DNA from: an uncultured Burkholderiales bacterium
GTDB taxonomy: Bacteria; Vulcanimicrobiota; Xenobia; Xenobiales; JADMJV01
Direction of reading: 5' to 3'
NCBI GenBank assembly: GCA_964649085.1
Contig: CAZYPN010000026.1
Coordinates: 28,971 to 92,970 of the forward strand
DNA length: 64,000 nt
The position numbers and the translations under genes were made by a program. Shown one piece after another: positions 45,320 to 53,684 of the stretch; position 1 is the stretch's first letter; each line of letters opens with the position of its first letter. The notes under the pieces are model-generated. The model saw only the letters and a list, made by a program, of their open reading frames with translations. It did no database searches and was not told the DNA's origin.

Positions 45320-46597
45320 TTAGAAGCGCTGGCGGCCCAGAACTTCAATGTGGGCGGGTCCACTGTGGGCTCCGATACCCATCAGCGAGGTGTCGAAGTG
45401 AAAACCGGCCCCCTGTAAGGTCAATTTGCGGTTGGTGGCCACCGCTCCGAACAGGCCTTGAGTTTGACTGCCGGTAATCGTGACATCAGCCCGAGGGGCA
45501 ACGACCGTGCAGTAAGATTCCGAGCCGCCATAGAGCCCGACCGTGCCGGTGCCATCAAAACAGATCTTGAACTTCTTGGGGTCGCGGGTCGAGTTCAAAA
45601 TGGTGTCCGAAGCGAGCAGGTTGAGCGAGTTTCGCACATAGATCACCACCGACCCCGTGGGGTCGTTGAATCCGATGTCGCCGGCGGTCATCGAGATGCT
45701 GTCAAAAACATACTCTCCGGGTTGCAGTTCGATACGACCCAAGATCACCGACAGGTCCCCGTAGGCGCCGGGGGGCAGGCTGTGGGTGCCCCCCACGTCC
45801 AGCGGTCCGCTCCAGGGAAACGACTGGGGGGTTAGAGTCGGCACGGTGAAGGTGGGACAGGGCATGGGTTCGGGCAGAGTGCTGATGCTGCCCTGCACAC
45901 TGCCCGGGTCCCATAGCAGATCGGAGCCGCCCCCGGGGCCGACGCGTACATTGCCCTTGATGTCCCCCATATAGTTGCCGATGGCTTTCAAGGGGAAGGG
46001 GTTGGTGGCCCGGTTGGTGGCCACCACGTCGGCCCCTGCCACCAGTGTGGCCGGACCATAGGGCCCCGCCCCCGAGTCGTAAGCGTCAATGGTTGGGGGG
46101 TCGGCGCCGATGCCGATGGGCGGCACCACCATGTGGAAGCTGTCGGCCAGCGCGCCTACCCGAAAATCGCCGTTGAGTCGCTGGATCAAAGCCCCCACGC
46201 GGCGGCGCGCCAGCACCTTGCCCGAGGCCGATCGGGCCAGTCCGACGGAAAGCACGTACAGGGTGCCCTTGGGAATGGGAAAGTCCAGTTCGGGCACGCT
46301 CAGTTCGCTGGTTCCTCCCACATTGTCAAAAACCGTCACCTCAAAACCGTCGCCTGTCGGGTTGCCGGGCAGCGTTCCCGATGTCACCGAAGGGGGGAGG
46401 GGAGGAGGTGCTTTGCTCAGTTCATTGAGCGCCAGGGTTAAGCCACCCTCGGCCGCAAAGTGGGCCCTTTCACTGGAGAGTTGGCTCACACTTACCTGCA
46501 GTTGATCGGCGCTAAGCCCGATGGCGGCCAGTCCGATCACCGACACCAGGGCCAGAATCAGCAGTACGGGAACGATGGCCAGGCCGCGGCGCCTCAT
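45320..46597 (-). CDS. GspK/PilX-like large pseudopilin-family protein
   Basis: MRRRGLAIVPVLLILALVSVIGLAAIG N-terminus; ATG overlaps the upstream stop (ATGA). Confidence 0.65.
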   Translation of the reverse strand: MRRRGLAIVPVLLILALVSVIGLAAIGLSADQLQVSVSQLSSERAHFAAEGGLTLALNELSKAPPPLPPSVTSGTLPGNPTGDGFEVTVFDNVGGTSELSVPELDFPIPKGTLYVLSVGLARSASGKVLARRRVGALIQRLNGDFRVGALADSFHMVVPPIGIGADPPTIDAYDSGAGPYGPATLVAGADVVATNRATNPFPLKAIGNYMGDIKGNVRVGPGGGSDLLWDPGSVQGSISTLPEPMPCPTFTVPTLTPQSFPWSGPLDVGGTHSLPPGAYGDLSVILGRIELQPGEYVFDSISMTAGDIGFNDPTGSVVIYVRNSLNLLASDTILNSTRDPKKFKICFDGTGTVGLYGGSESYCTVVAPRADVTITGSQTQGLFGAVATNRKLTLQGAGFHFDTSLMGIGAHSGPAHIEVLGRQRF

Positions 46598-47211
46598 CGA
46601 TTGAGCACCGTGATCTGGGTTTCCAGTTCGATGCGCGTGCGGCTGCGACTGGTGATGGGTTCCAGGGCCACCACCCTGACCACGTAGGATCCGGGTAGGG
46701 CGCTGGGTGTCAGGCTCCAGTGTTCGATGTTGCGGGCCAGAACCCGGCGGGCTGGATAGGTCTGCGAGCGAAAGACCGTTAGAGCCGGAGCCGGTCCGGG
46801 CCCCGGCAACAGGTCGACCAGCGGCCCTCCGCTCAGGGCTACCTCCGAGCGAACCAGTTGGCTGCCTGAATCGAGGGAGTAGCAAAGCCACTTCCACCAG
46901 CGCAGTCGGGCGCTGTCCAGGGCGTATTCATAGCCCGATTGCGGAGCCAGCCGCTCGGGAGAAAGGAAGCGCACGGCCCCGGCGCTGATCACCAGGTGCT
47001 CGCGACAGCTGTTGTTCAGGTCGCGCCCCAGTCGGGCCAGCGCCTTCTGCACCTCTTGTTGCCCGCCCTGATAGGACTTCGACTGCTCAAACAGCCTCAA
47101 TCCGGCCAGGGCCAACAGATATAGGATTCCCAGCATGCCGAGCATCACCGTGCTGGAGACCACCACTTCGATCAGGTTGAACCCCCGCCGCCGGCTAATA
47201 GGGCCCCACAC
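46594..47211 (-). CDS. Prepilin-type pseudopilin (GspJ-like)
   Basis: RRRG|FNLIEVVVSSTVMLGML. Confidence 0.65.
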   Translation of the reverse strand: MWGPISRRRGFNLIEVVVSSTVMLGMLGILYLLALAGLRLFEQSKSYQGGQQEVQKALARLGRDLNNSCREHLVISAGAVRFLSPERLAPQSGYEYALDSARLRWWKWLCYSLDSGSQLVRSEVALSGGPLVDLLPGPGPAPALTVFRSQTYPARRVLARNIEHWSLTPSALPGSYVVRVVALEPITSRSRTRIELETQITVLNR

Positions 47212-47614
47212 AGGTCTGCAGGCGCACCTGGTGCTGAGCCCCGCCGGGGTCGGAGGCTCGGAACGGCCACTCCACCGTAACCACCACGTTCTTCACCTGG
47301 TCCGGCGCCCAGGGTTGGCTCACATCAACTCGATAGGTGAAGGTGCGGCTCACGGTGGCCGAGTGCACCTCGACCGAGCGGGTTACCGCCTGGGCCCCAA
47401 TCGGTTGCACGGCGCTGTAGTCCAGCGCTCGCTGGGCCTCCAGCACCTGCCGTGCCAGCGCGTTGGCCTGGGTCAAATCCATGCTCTGGTTCTGACTGCG
47501 CGCCACCGTCACAAACGATCCCAGGGCCAGCAGGGCGATGGTCCCCGTGAGTGCCAGCCCCAACATCAGTTCCAGTAGAAGGCTGACCCCTCCGGCTCGT
47601 TTTCTTCCAGCCAT
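47195..47614 (-). CDS. Prepilin-type pseudopilin (GspH/I-like)
   Basis: KRAGG|VSLLLELMLGLALTG with Glu +5 equivalent; GGAGG 4 nt upstream of the ATG. Confidence 0.65.
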   Translation of the reverse strand: MAGRKRAGGVSLLLELMLGLALTGTIALLALGSFVTVARSQNQSMDLTQANALARQVLEAQRALDYSAVQPIGAQAVTRSVEVHSATVSRTFTYRVDVSQPWAPDQVKNVVVTVEWPFRASDPGGAQHQVRLQTCVGPY

Positions 47615-47807
47615 GAGCCTCCAGTATAGCAGATGGCGAGGGCTATGGCCTTCAGTGTCGGCCCTGTCGCTGCAATGAACGGCGCTCTGGCAATCACAAA
47701 ACTCCTCGAATCGGTCATGGAACGGCAACGCCTTCCCCGGCCAGGTAGCTTTCTGGCAGTACCCGCCACTCTAACCTGAGGCATCACATCTCAGGAGGAC
47801 AAGACCC

Positions 47808-47999
47808 GTGCCCATCGTCAAAGAAAAAGACCCTCTGGTTCGTATGGCCCGGCGCCGAAAGGCGCAGCGCCGCGAGGCCATCAAGCAGATGAGCCTCGAC
47901 TTCGAGGACCGGCTCGAACACAATCGCGCCCTGATGAGCCTCTACCAGCAGCATCAGGCGGCGCTGCGCAGGCTGGGCAGCAGTACATCGGGGGGTTAG
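47808..47999 (+). CDS. Small basic hypothetical protein (63 aa)
   Basis: GTG start with AGGAGG 9 nt upstream; helical Arg/Lys-rich sequence; its 3' end overlaps the stop of the tubulin-like gene convergently. Confidence 0.35.
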   Translation: MPIVKEKDPLVRMARRRKAQRREAIKQMSLDFEDRLEHNRALMSLYQQHQAALRRLGSSTSGG

Positions 48000-50900
48000 C
48001 CCAGCTTCAGGGCCAGTCGCCCGTCCCCACGGGCCTGGCCCAGCTGGTCGCGGGGGCCTTCGATCAGCTGGTTGACTTGCCCGGAAAAGCTGTCTTGGCC
48101 CAGGGCCCGCACCGCCGGGCAATCGAGCACGGCGGCGATTTCGGCTGACAATACGCGCACCGTCATCATTTCTTCGAAGGGAAGCTCGGAGTCGTCGGTC
48201 TTACGGCCCCAGTCTTCGCCCCAGGCCTGGCGTTTCGTCAGCTCTAAAATGCCCGCATAGCGGGTCAGCAGCCCCTCGTCCGAGCTGGCCAGAATTTGCT
48301 GGCGCTGCTCGCGAACCTTGGCATACAGCTTCTCGCGCGTGGGGGCGTGGGTGCTCAGCTTGAGCAGGGTCATAAACTGGTCTCCCAGGGGGTGGGGGCG
48401 CATCTGGAAACCGTCGCGCTCCATCCAGAGATACTCCTGGCCCTTGAATTCCAGAATGTTGAACAGGCTGCCCAATACAAAGCACTGATAGGCCTCCTCC
48501 AGAGCCTGACGCTCTTCCTGGGTGAGGATCATCAGGTCGGGGAAACGCTTGTCGTTGCAGTCGATGTGCAGCGGATCGCCGGCCGTATACAGCTTCAAAT
48601 ACGACTCCCGCAGGTCGGCCAGCCGAGACGAGTAGTTGATCGGAAAGCCTCCGGCCTCCTGATAGAAAATCAGCTCCGAGCTGTCCGGCATGGGGTAGTA
48701 GCGCAGGTCGGTGCTCAATTCGCGACCGGCAATGGTTTTGAGTTGCTGAATATAGCCTTCGAGCTCGCTGCGCTGGGCCGGATCCATGTTGGAAGTGGGT
48801 CCGGGCAGGCCCACCATGATGTGGATCTGTTCCGGCGGAATGCGGAAGGTGCCGTGCACGCCGCTGCGGGTCACCCAGTAGGCCGAGCGGGCGAAGATCT
48901 GCTTGAGGTGGTGCACCCGCGAGGTCTCGTCTACTTGGGAAAAAAGCACCTTGACCACGTGGAAATCTGCCCGCACCCCCAGGAAGCGCTGGCGACACTC
49001 GGCCAGCAGGGCCCGCTTCCACTGGTCCGAGCGGCCCGCCGCCAGATCGACCGAAAGGCCGGTCACCGAGCGTTCCAGCCGGGCCAGCACGGCTTTGGAA
49101 GTTTCTTCGATGACCCCGGGGCGCACATAGGCCGGATAATACTTCTTCTCGACATCGGTGCTCTCGTAGAGCAGCAGCGCCTGGGGCAGCTTCTCCTTTT
49201 GGGAAAAGTAGTTGTAGCCCACCAGCAGGTCCTGCTTCATCTGGGCCAGGTCGCGCTGCAACTGTTCGATTTGCTGGCGAATGCCGCCGCTCAGGCTGCC
49301 GTCGGCGCGCACCTGGCCCGAAAGGGCCGGAATCAGGCGCTTGCAAAACTCGATGGCCTCTTTGTAGAGGCGGTCCTGCAGCAGGCAGCGCAGCAGGCCA
49401 GGGTTGGCTCGGTCGCCCACCAGTGCGTCCAGATAGCGCTCGGTGACGTGCTGCAGAATAATGGCCTTGCGACCGTCCCAGTTCATGCGGCCCTGCTGTC
49501 GGGCTACCTCGGTCAGGCAGCGCTGGGCCTCTTTCTGGCGGCGTTGCAGCTTGTCTTGAAGGTCGCTGGCCTGGCGGGCCATCTGTTCCGACACCTGCTG
49601 CAAAGCCTGGGCCGCTTCTTTGAGTACGGCCTCGGCAAAGCGCAGGCTCTCGTTTTTCTGATCGATCAGCCCGAAAGCCTGATTCTGCAGGCCCTCCTGG
49701 GCTCGCTTCAGCAGCGCTTCCATGTTGGCTCGAATGGTGCGCGGATAGCTGCCCCACTGGTCCGGACTGGTGCCTACCTGCTCGGCCCACATCTGCTTTT
49801 CGGCTTCTTGGTGGGCCCGGTCCAGAAATTCACGCAGGGCCAGGTTTTGCTGGCGATACACCCCGCGCTCGACTTCCATCATGCGCTGTTGCTTCCACTG
49901 GGTCAGTTCGTCAATCAGTCCGCGGCTCTTGCCCTTGTCGGGGTCGCCCAGGCCCTGGGTGTCCAGCAGCGCGTAGAGGATGTCGTGGTTCTTGTCATCC
50001 TCCTGCAGGCGCACTTTGGCCAGCACGTCCTGACGCACAAAGCGGGGCAGGTCGGCGTCGTTGAAGTCGCCGGCCGAAAGGCCTCCCCAGCGGTCGACGA
50101 TCTCCGAGGCCAGGCGGTGGGCGCAGGCCGTGATGATGCGGGCGTGGGGCACCATGATGCTGGCCATGCCCAGTGACCCGTAGCGCTGAATGAAGCGTTG
50201 CTTGAAGCGCGGGTGCTCGTAGTCGAAGGTCTTGTTCATATACTGGCGCAGGTTGATGCGAGCGCTGCGCTTGTGGTCGGCGAATTCGCCGTGGGAGAAG
50301 TCTTTGAAGATCGAGTCGGCCAGCAGCTCAAAGACCAGTTCCTGCGAGTTGGGCTGGCCCCCCGTCACCTGGCCGGCGGCGTTCTGGTTGTCGAACACGT
50401 AGCAGTAGTCAAAGGGCGGAATGGGCACCTTCGACTGGGTGCCCCGGGTCCACTCGGCGTTGAAGTGCGACACCCCATATTGGTAATAGTTCAGCTCCTT
50501 GAGCAGGGCATAAGAATTGGCCTTCATGCGTTCGTTGGTCACGCTGCCAAAGTGGTCGGGAAAGACCAGAAAAGAGGAAACGGTAACGTTGCCTTCCTGA
50601 AACACGTCCTTGACGAGGAAGGCCATGTCCATCAGCATGCCGCTGCCCGTGCCACCGGCGATCGAGGTCACCAGATAGACGTTGGTCGGCTGCTGAAACT
50701 CGACCTGGGCCAGCAACCCCTGGTCTTTGAGCACCGCCGATTTCATCATCGACTCCTGGGCCAGCGGGTCGCGTATGCGCTTGTTGGCGTCTACAATGGC
50801 CGCGCGGATGGCCGTGTAGTGATGAAAGAAGGCCAGACGGCTATAGGCCCGGATCTGTCCGGCCCCCTCGTTCATCTGCCCCAGTGAATTCAGCCCGGGA

Positions 50901-51223
50901 TACCACCACTTGTCGATGTGCTGGAAGTTCGGTTCTTTCAGGTTGGTGGTGATGGCCGTGGTGTCATTGATGGTCATCATCAACCGCTCGGTGTCGGTCA
51001 GGCGCACAAAGTCGCGAATTTCACGCGCCAGGATGTGCTTTTCGCTGCGGTCGGTGTCCATCCACAGATAGCCCACGATGGGAAACTCGGCCAGGCTGCC
51101 GTAGCTTTCGTAGAAACGGCGGCGGATGCGCATCACCACATCGCCGCCGGTGCCGCCCAGACCGATGATCAGGGTGGGACGGATGCGGATTTGCTCGTTT
51201 TTGGCGCCCTGGGTTTCGCTCAA
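47996..51223 (-). CDS. Tubulin/FtsZ-superfamily GTPase-like giant protein (1075 aa): N-terminal tubulin-like domain + long alpha-helical/coiled-coil C-terminal region
   Basis: N-terminal G-box PTLIIGLGGTGGDVV and the tubulin signature loop VTSIAGGTGSGMLMD (GGGTGSG-type); TTG start 12 nt after the upstream membrane-protein gene stop. Confidence 0.75.
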   Translation of the reverse strand: MSETQGAKNEQIRIRPTLIIGLGGTGGDVVMRIRRRFYESYGSLAEFPIVGYLWMDTDRSEKHILAREIRDFVRLTDTERLMMTINDTTAITTNLKEPNFQHIDKWWYPGLNSLGQMNEGAGQIRAYSRLAFFHHYTAIRAAIVDANKRIRDPLAQESMMKSAVLKDQGLLAQVEFQQPTNVYLVTSIAGGTGSGMLMDMAFLVKDVFQEGNVTVSSFLVFPDHFGSVTNERMKANSYALLKELNYYQYGVSHFNAEWTRGTQSKVPIPPFDYCYVFDNQNAAGQVTGGQPNSQELVFELLADSIFKDFSHGEFADHKRSARINLRQYMNKTFDYEHPRFKQRFIQRYGSLGMASIMVPHARIITACAHRLASEIVDRWGGLSAGDFNDADLPRFVRQDVLAKVRLQEDDKNHDILYALLDTQGLGDPDKGKSRGLIDELTQWKQQRMMEVERGVYRQQNLALREFLDRAHQEAEKQMWAEQVGTSPDQWGSYPRTIRANMEALLKRAQEGLQNQAFGLIDQKNESLRFAEAVLKEAAQALQQVSEQMARQASDLQDKLQRRQKEAQRCLTEVARQQGRMNWDGRKAIILQHVTERYLDALVGDRANPGLLRCLLQDRLYKEAIEFCKRLIPALSGQVRADGSLSGGIRQQIEQLQRDLAQMKQDLLVGYNYFSQKEKLPQALLLYESTDVEKKYYPAYVRPGVIEETSKAVLARLERSVTGLSVDLAAGRSDQWKRALLAECRQRFLGVRADFHVVKVLFSQVDETSRVHHLKQIFARSAYWVTRSGVHGTFRIPPEQIHIMVGLPGPTSNMDPAQRSELEGYIQQLKTIAGRELSTDLRYYPMPDSSELIFYQEAGGFPINYSSRLADLRESYLKLYTAGDPLHIDCNDKRFPDLMILTQEERQALEEAYQCFVLGSLFNILEFKGQEYLWMERDGFQMRPHPLGDQFMTLLKLSTHAPTREKLYAKVREQRQQILASSDEGLLTRYAGILELTKRQAWGEDWGRKTDDSELPFEEMMTVRVLSAEIAAVLDCPAVRALGQDSFSGQVNQLIEGPRDQLGQARGDGRLALKLG

Positions 51224-51235
51224 GGAATTCGGTTC

Positions 51236-51994
51236 CTAACTTCGGGTAAGGACGTAGCCAAGTCCAAAGATGCCCAGCACCACCACCAGATAGCCAGCGG
51301 GCACCAGGACGTAAATCCAGTAGAGCTTGTCCCAGACAATGATGGGGAAGAACACCATGGCGGCGGTGGCCAGGGCGGTCAGGCACCAGCTCAGCAATAC
51401 CAGCACATTGGACCAGCCTAGCGCGCTACCCACTGCCATGCGACGATGGCGAAGCATACGCGCAAACAGGCTTCGCCCGAACAGCATGTAGGTCGTAAAC
51501 AGACTACCCAGCGTGAAGCCCAGGATGATGGCCATTTCCACCTTGCTGTGGGGAGCCCTCAGCTCATCGGCTTTGACATCGCCCCGGGTGCTCTCGGTGC
51601 CGATGTGCCAGATGGCCGGCGACAGAGAATGCACCGTATTGTCCTGGATCAGGGTCAGCTCATAGTCTACGGGGCTTTTGTCTTCCTCGAAGACGACGAA
51701 CTGCACCTTGGCCACCCCGTCTTGTACAGGAAATTTGACGTATTCCTGAGTTTGACGAGCATACTCGATGCCTGCGCAGGCCAGGGTCTCGTGGTTGGCC
51801 ACCAGTTTGTTACCCTGCTTTTCATCCTGAGCCAGACGCACCCCAACCCAGGCCGTATTCTGTTCCACCAGGTAGGGCCGCTCAAAGCGGTCATTCACCT
51901 GAACTTCAATGGGAATCAGGCGGAATTTGGGCGGGTCGGCTCCCGCCAGTACCGAGAGAGCCACCGTCAAAAAGACAAGAATGCGCCACCACAC
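51236..51994 (-). CDS. Membrane protein: signal peptide, about 150-aa extracytoplasmic domain, three C-terminal TM helices
   Basis: MWWRILVFLTVALSVLAGA signal; C-terminal hydrophobic helices; 12 nt upstream of the tubulin-like gene. Confidence 0.6.
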   Translation of the reverse strand: MWWRILVFLTVALSVLAGADPPKFRLIPIEVQVNDRFERPYLVEQNTAWVGVRLAQDEKQGNKLVANHETLACAGIEYARQTQEYVKFPVQDGVAKVQFVVFEEDKSPVDYELTLIQDNTVHSLSPAIWHIGTESTRGDVKADELRAPHSKVEMAIILGFTLGSLFTTYMLFGRSLFARMLRHRRMAVGSALGWSNVLVLLSWCLTALATAAMVFFPIIVWDKLYWIYVLVPAGYLVVVLGIFGLGYVLTRS

Positions 51995-52028
51995 GCGGGC
52001 CTGTTCTTGCTCGACGGGGCCCTCCCCT

Positions 52029-53198
52029 CTACTGAACCGTGAAGTAGGTTTGGCTGGCTCGCTTCATCGGTTGATCCTCGGAATCCACCGGAATCACGCG
52101 CCAATAGTACTGTCCGGGAGCCAGGGGTTGGTGATTGGCTGGATAGACCACCTGGGTCTCGCGGGTCAGCGTGGTGAAGCGATTGTCATTGGCGTTCTCG
52201 TCGCTGGAAATCATCACCACGTAGCCGGCCGCTCCCTCGACACCCTTCCAACTGAAGCTGGGTCGGTTGGGCATCGGGCCCGCGCCGTGTGCCCCGTCAG
52301 GCACCAGTTGAGTGGGAAAGTCGGGTTCTTTGGGCTTGTTGTTGCGGGGGATCGACACTCCGAAAGGACCGGGAATGCGAGAATTGATCTGAGACTCAGC
52401 ATAGCTGATGGCTGTGTTCTCCGGGTCGGTGACCAGGTTGGCCCCCAACGAGGCATAGCTCAGGCCCGTATAGACATTGCCCGGAAGATAGGCCCCGGCC
52501 CCGAACATGTTGGCCACAGACATGGCCTGGTTCAAATAGCTCCAGGCCTCATTGAAGGTGCTGCGCAACTTGGTTTCACGAAATTCTTCGACGTTTTCGT
52601 AGGTCTTCACCACCGGGGCCGACTTAAAGTCTGTTTTGAACTGTTCTCCGGGCTTCACCAGTCCGACCACTTTGCCCGAGTTGTCGCGAACTTCTACGCC
52701 GCCCTGTTCGCTGTTGCTCTCAAAGCAACACACCTCCGAGGAGCCGCCCACCTCTTCCACGGTGAACTCGGTGCCCTTGATACCCATGACCCCGCCCGAG
52801 GTCTGGATTTCCATCGGTTGTTTCAGAGTTTTGGCGTCGGCTTTGACCCACATCGCACCGCTCTTCAAAATCACCCTTTTTACGCTGGTCTTGCCGTCGG
52901 CCACCGACTTTTCATCGACGATGACGATATCGGTGTTTTTGTTGATGCTCACCTTGCCGCCGATCAAAAACTCCAGCGCGGCCACCGTATTGGCGTCGGT
53001 GATGAAGTGGTCTTTCGGGTAGCCGGCCGCGTTGACCGACACGGCAAAGGGCTGCTCGGTGGGTCGCTGGCGCTGCAGCACGGGGGTCGAGCCCTCTTTG
53101 GCTGGCTTGATGCTCTGCACCCGTACCACGGCTTCTTCGGCCAGGGCGGCACCCATCATTACCAGAGTTAGAGCGAGAATGGTCGCATTTTTCTTCAT
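52029..53198 (-). CDS. Secreted FecR-domain protein, paralogue of 28984..30024 (shares the C-terminal Y-x-W-R-x-x-P-V-D-S motif domain)
   Basis: Signal peptide MKKNATILALTLVMMGAALA; VKADAKTLKQPMEIQTSGGVMGIKGTEFTV FecR-like; GGGAG SD; the longer track ORF to 53531 lacks an RBS. Confidence 0.7.
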   Translation of the reverse strand: MKKNATILALTLVMMGAALAEEAVVRVQSIKPAKEGSTPVLQRQRPTEQPFAVSVNAAGYPKDHFITDANTVAALEFLIGGKVSINKNTDIVIVDEKSVADGKTSVKRVILKSGAMWVKADAKTLKQPMEIQTSGGVMGIKGTEFTVEEVGGSSEVCCFESNSEQGGVEVRDNSGKVVGLVKPGEQFKTDFKSAPVVKTYENVEEFRETKLRSTFNEAWSYLNQAMSVANMFGAGAYLPGNVYTGLSYASLGANLVTDPENTAISYAESQINSRIPGPFGVSIPRNNKPKEPDFPTQLVPDGAHGAGPMPNRPSFSWKGVEGAAGYVVMISSDENANDNRFTTLTRETQVVYPANHQPLAPGQYYWRVIPVDSEDQPMKRASQTYFTVQ

Positions 53199-53283
53199 AG
53201 CTGTCTCCCCGTATGGATTTGCCCCGCCACTTTCCCCCCCCGGCGCGGGGAATCCTTGGGTCGCAGTCGGCCCCGCTTTCTTC

Positions 53284-53535
53284 CCGCTCAGACCCAGGTG
53301 CGATCTGGACCTGCTCCAGGGTGACGGCCTCGATACGCATCCCATAAGCCTGCACGGGGTCATCGAAGCGGCGGCTGGCAACTTGCTCTCGGCTGGAGTC
53401 GATCCCAATGGCGGATTCCAAGAAGTTGGCGGCGGACATCCGAAGAATTTCCCACCCTTCCATGGGTCTGGCCAGCGCCTCAGCCTCTGGCTCAGCCCGA
53501 AGAATGGCGAGCACAGCGGAGGTATCCACAATCAC
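53284..53535 (-). pseudogene. VapC (PIN-domain toxin) N-terminal remnant, with a degenerate 25-36-codon vapB-like upstream ORF ending in a GTGA overlap
   Basis: Translation starts VIVDTSAVLAILRAEPEAEA...SAANFLESAIG...GMRIEAVTLEQVQIA (classic VapC N-terminal half); similarity ends abruptly near a G8 homopolymer and the frame runs into the FecR gene. Confidence 0.5.
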
Positions 53536-53684
53536 CTGGGGAGTCCTCGCTCGTCATAGAGGAAATCACCGTGTTCGATGGCCAGAGTGGCCGCTATACC
53601 AATTCTCAAAAGTTCTGTCTTGATTGGCCGCCTTGTGACCCGACTTTATCAGGGCTTGTGCGGACAAACCTTACGAGAATTTGT

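Noticed and set aside
48296-50887. Plus-strand ORFs 48296..50176 (626 aa) and 50198..50887 antisense to the tubulin-like gene
   Set aside because: Leu/Ala/Gln/Val-rich, no start context. The minus frame carries the GGTGSG tubulin signature.
52912-53283. 3' two-thirds of the 207-aa minus ORF that begins with the VapC-like sequence
   Set aside because: After about 84 residues the VapC similarity ends, and the frame is simply the antisense or alternative frame of the FecR gene leader. Treated as a truncated pseudogene, not a 207-aa protein.
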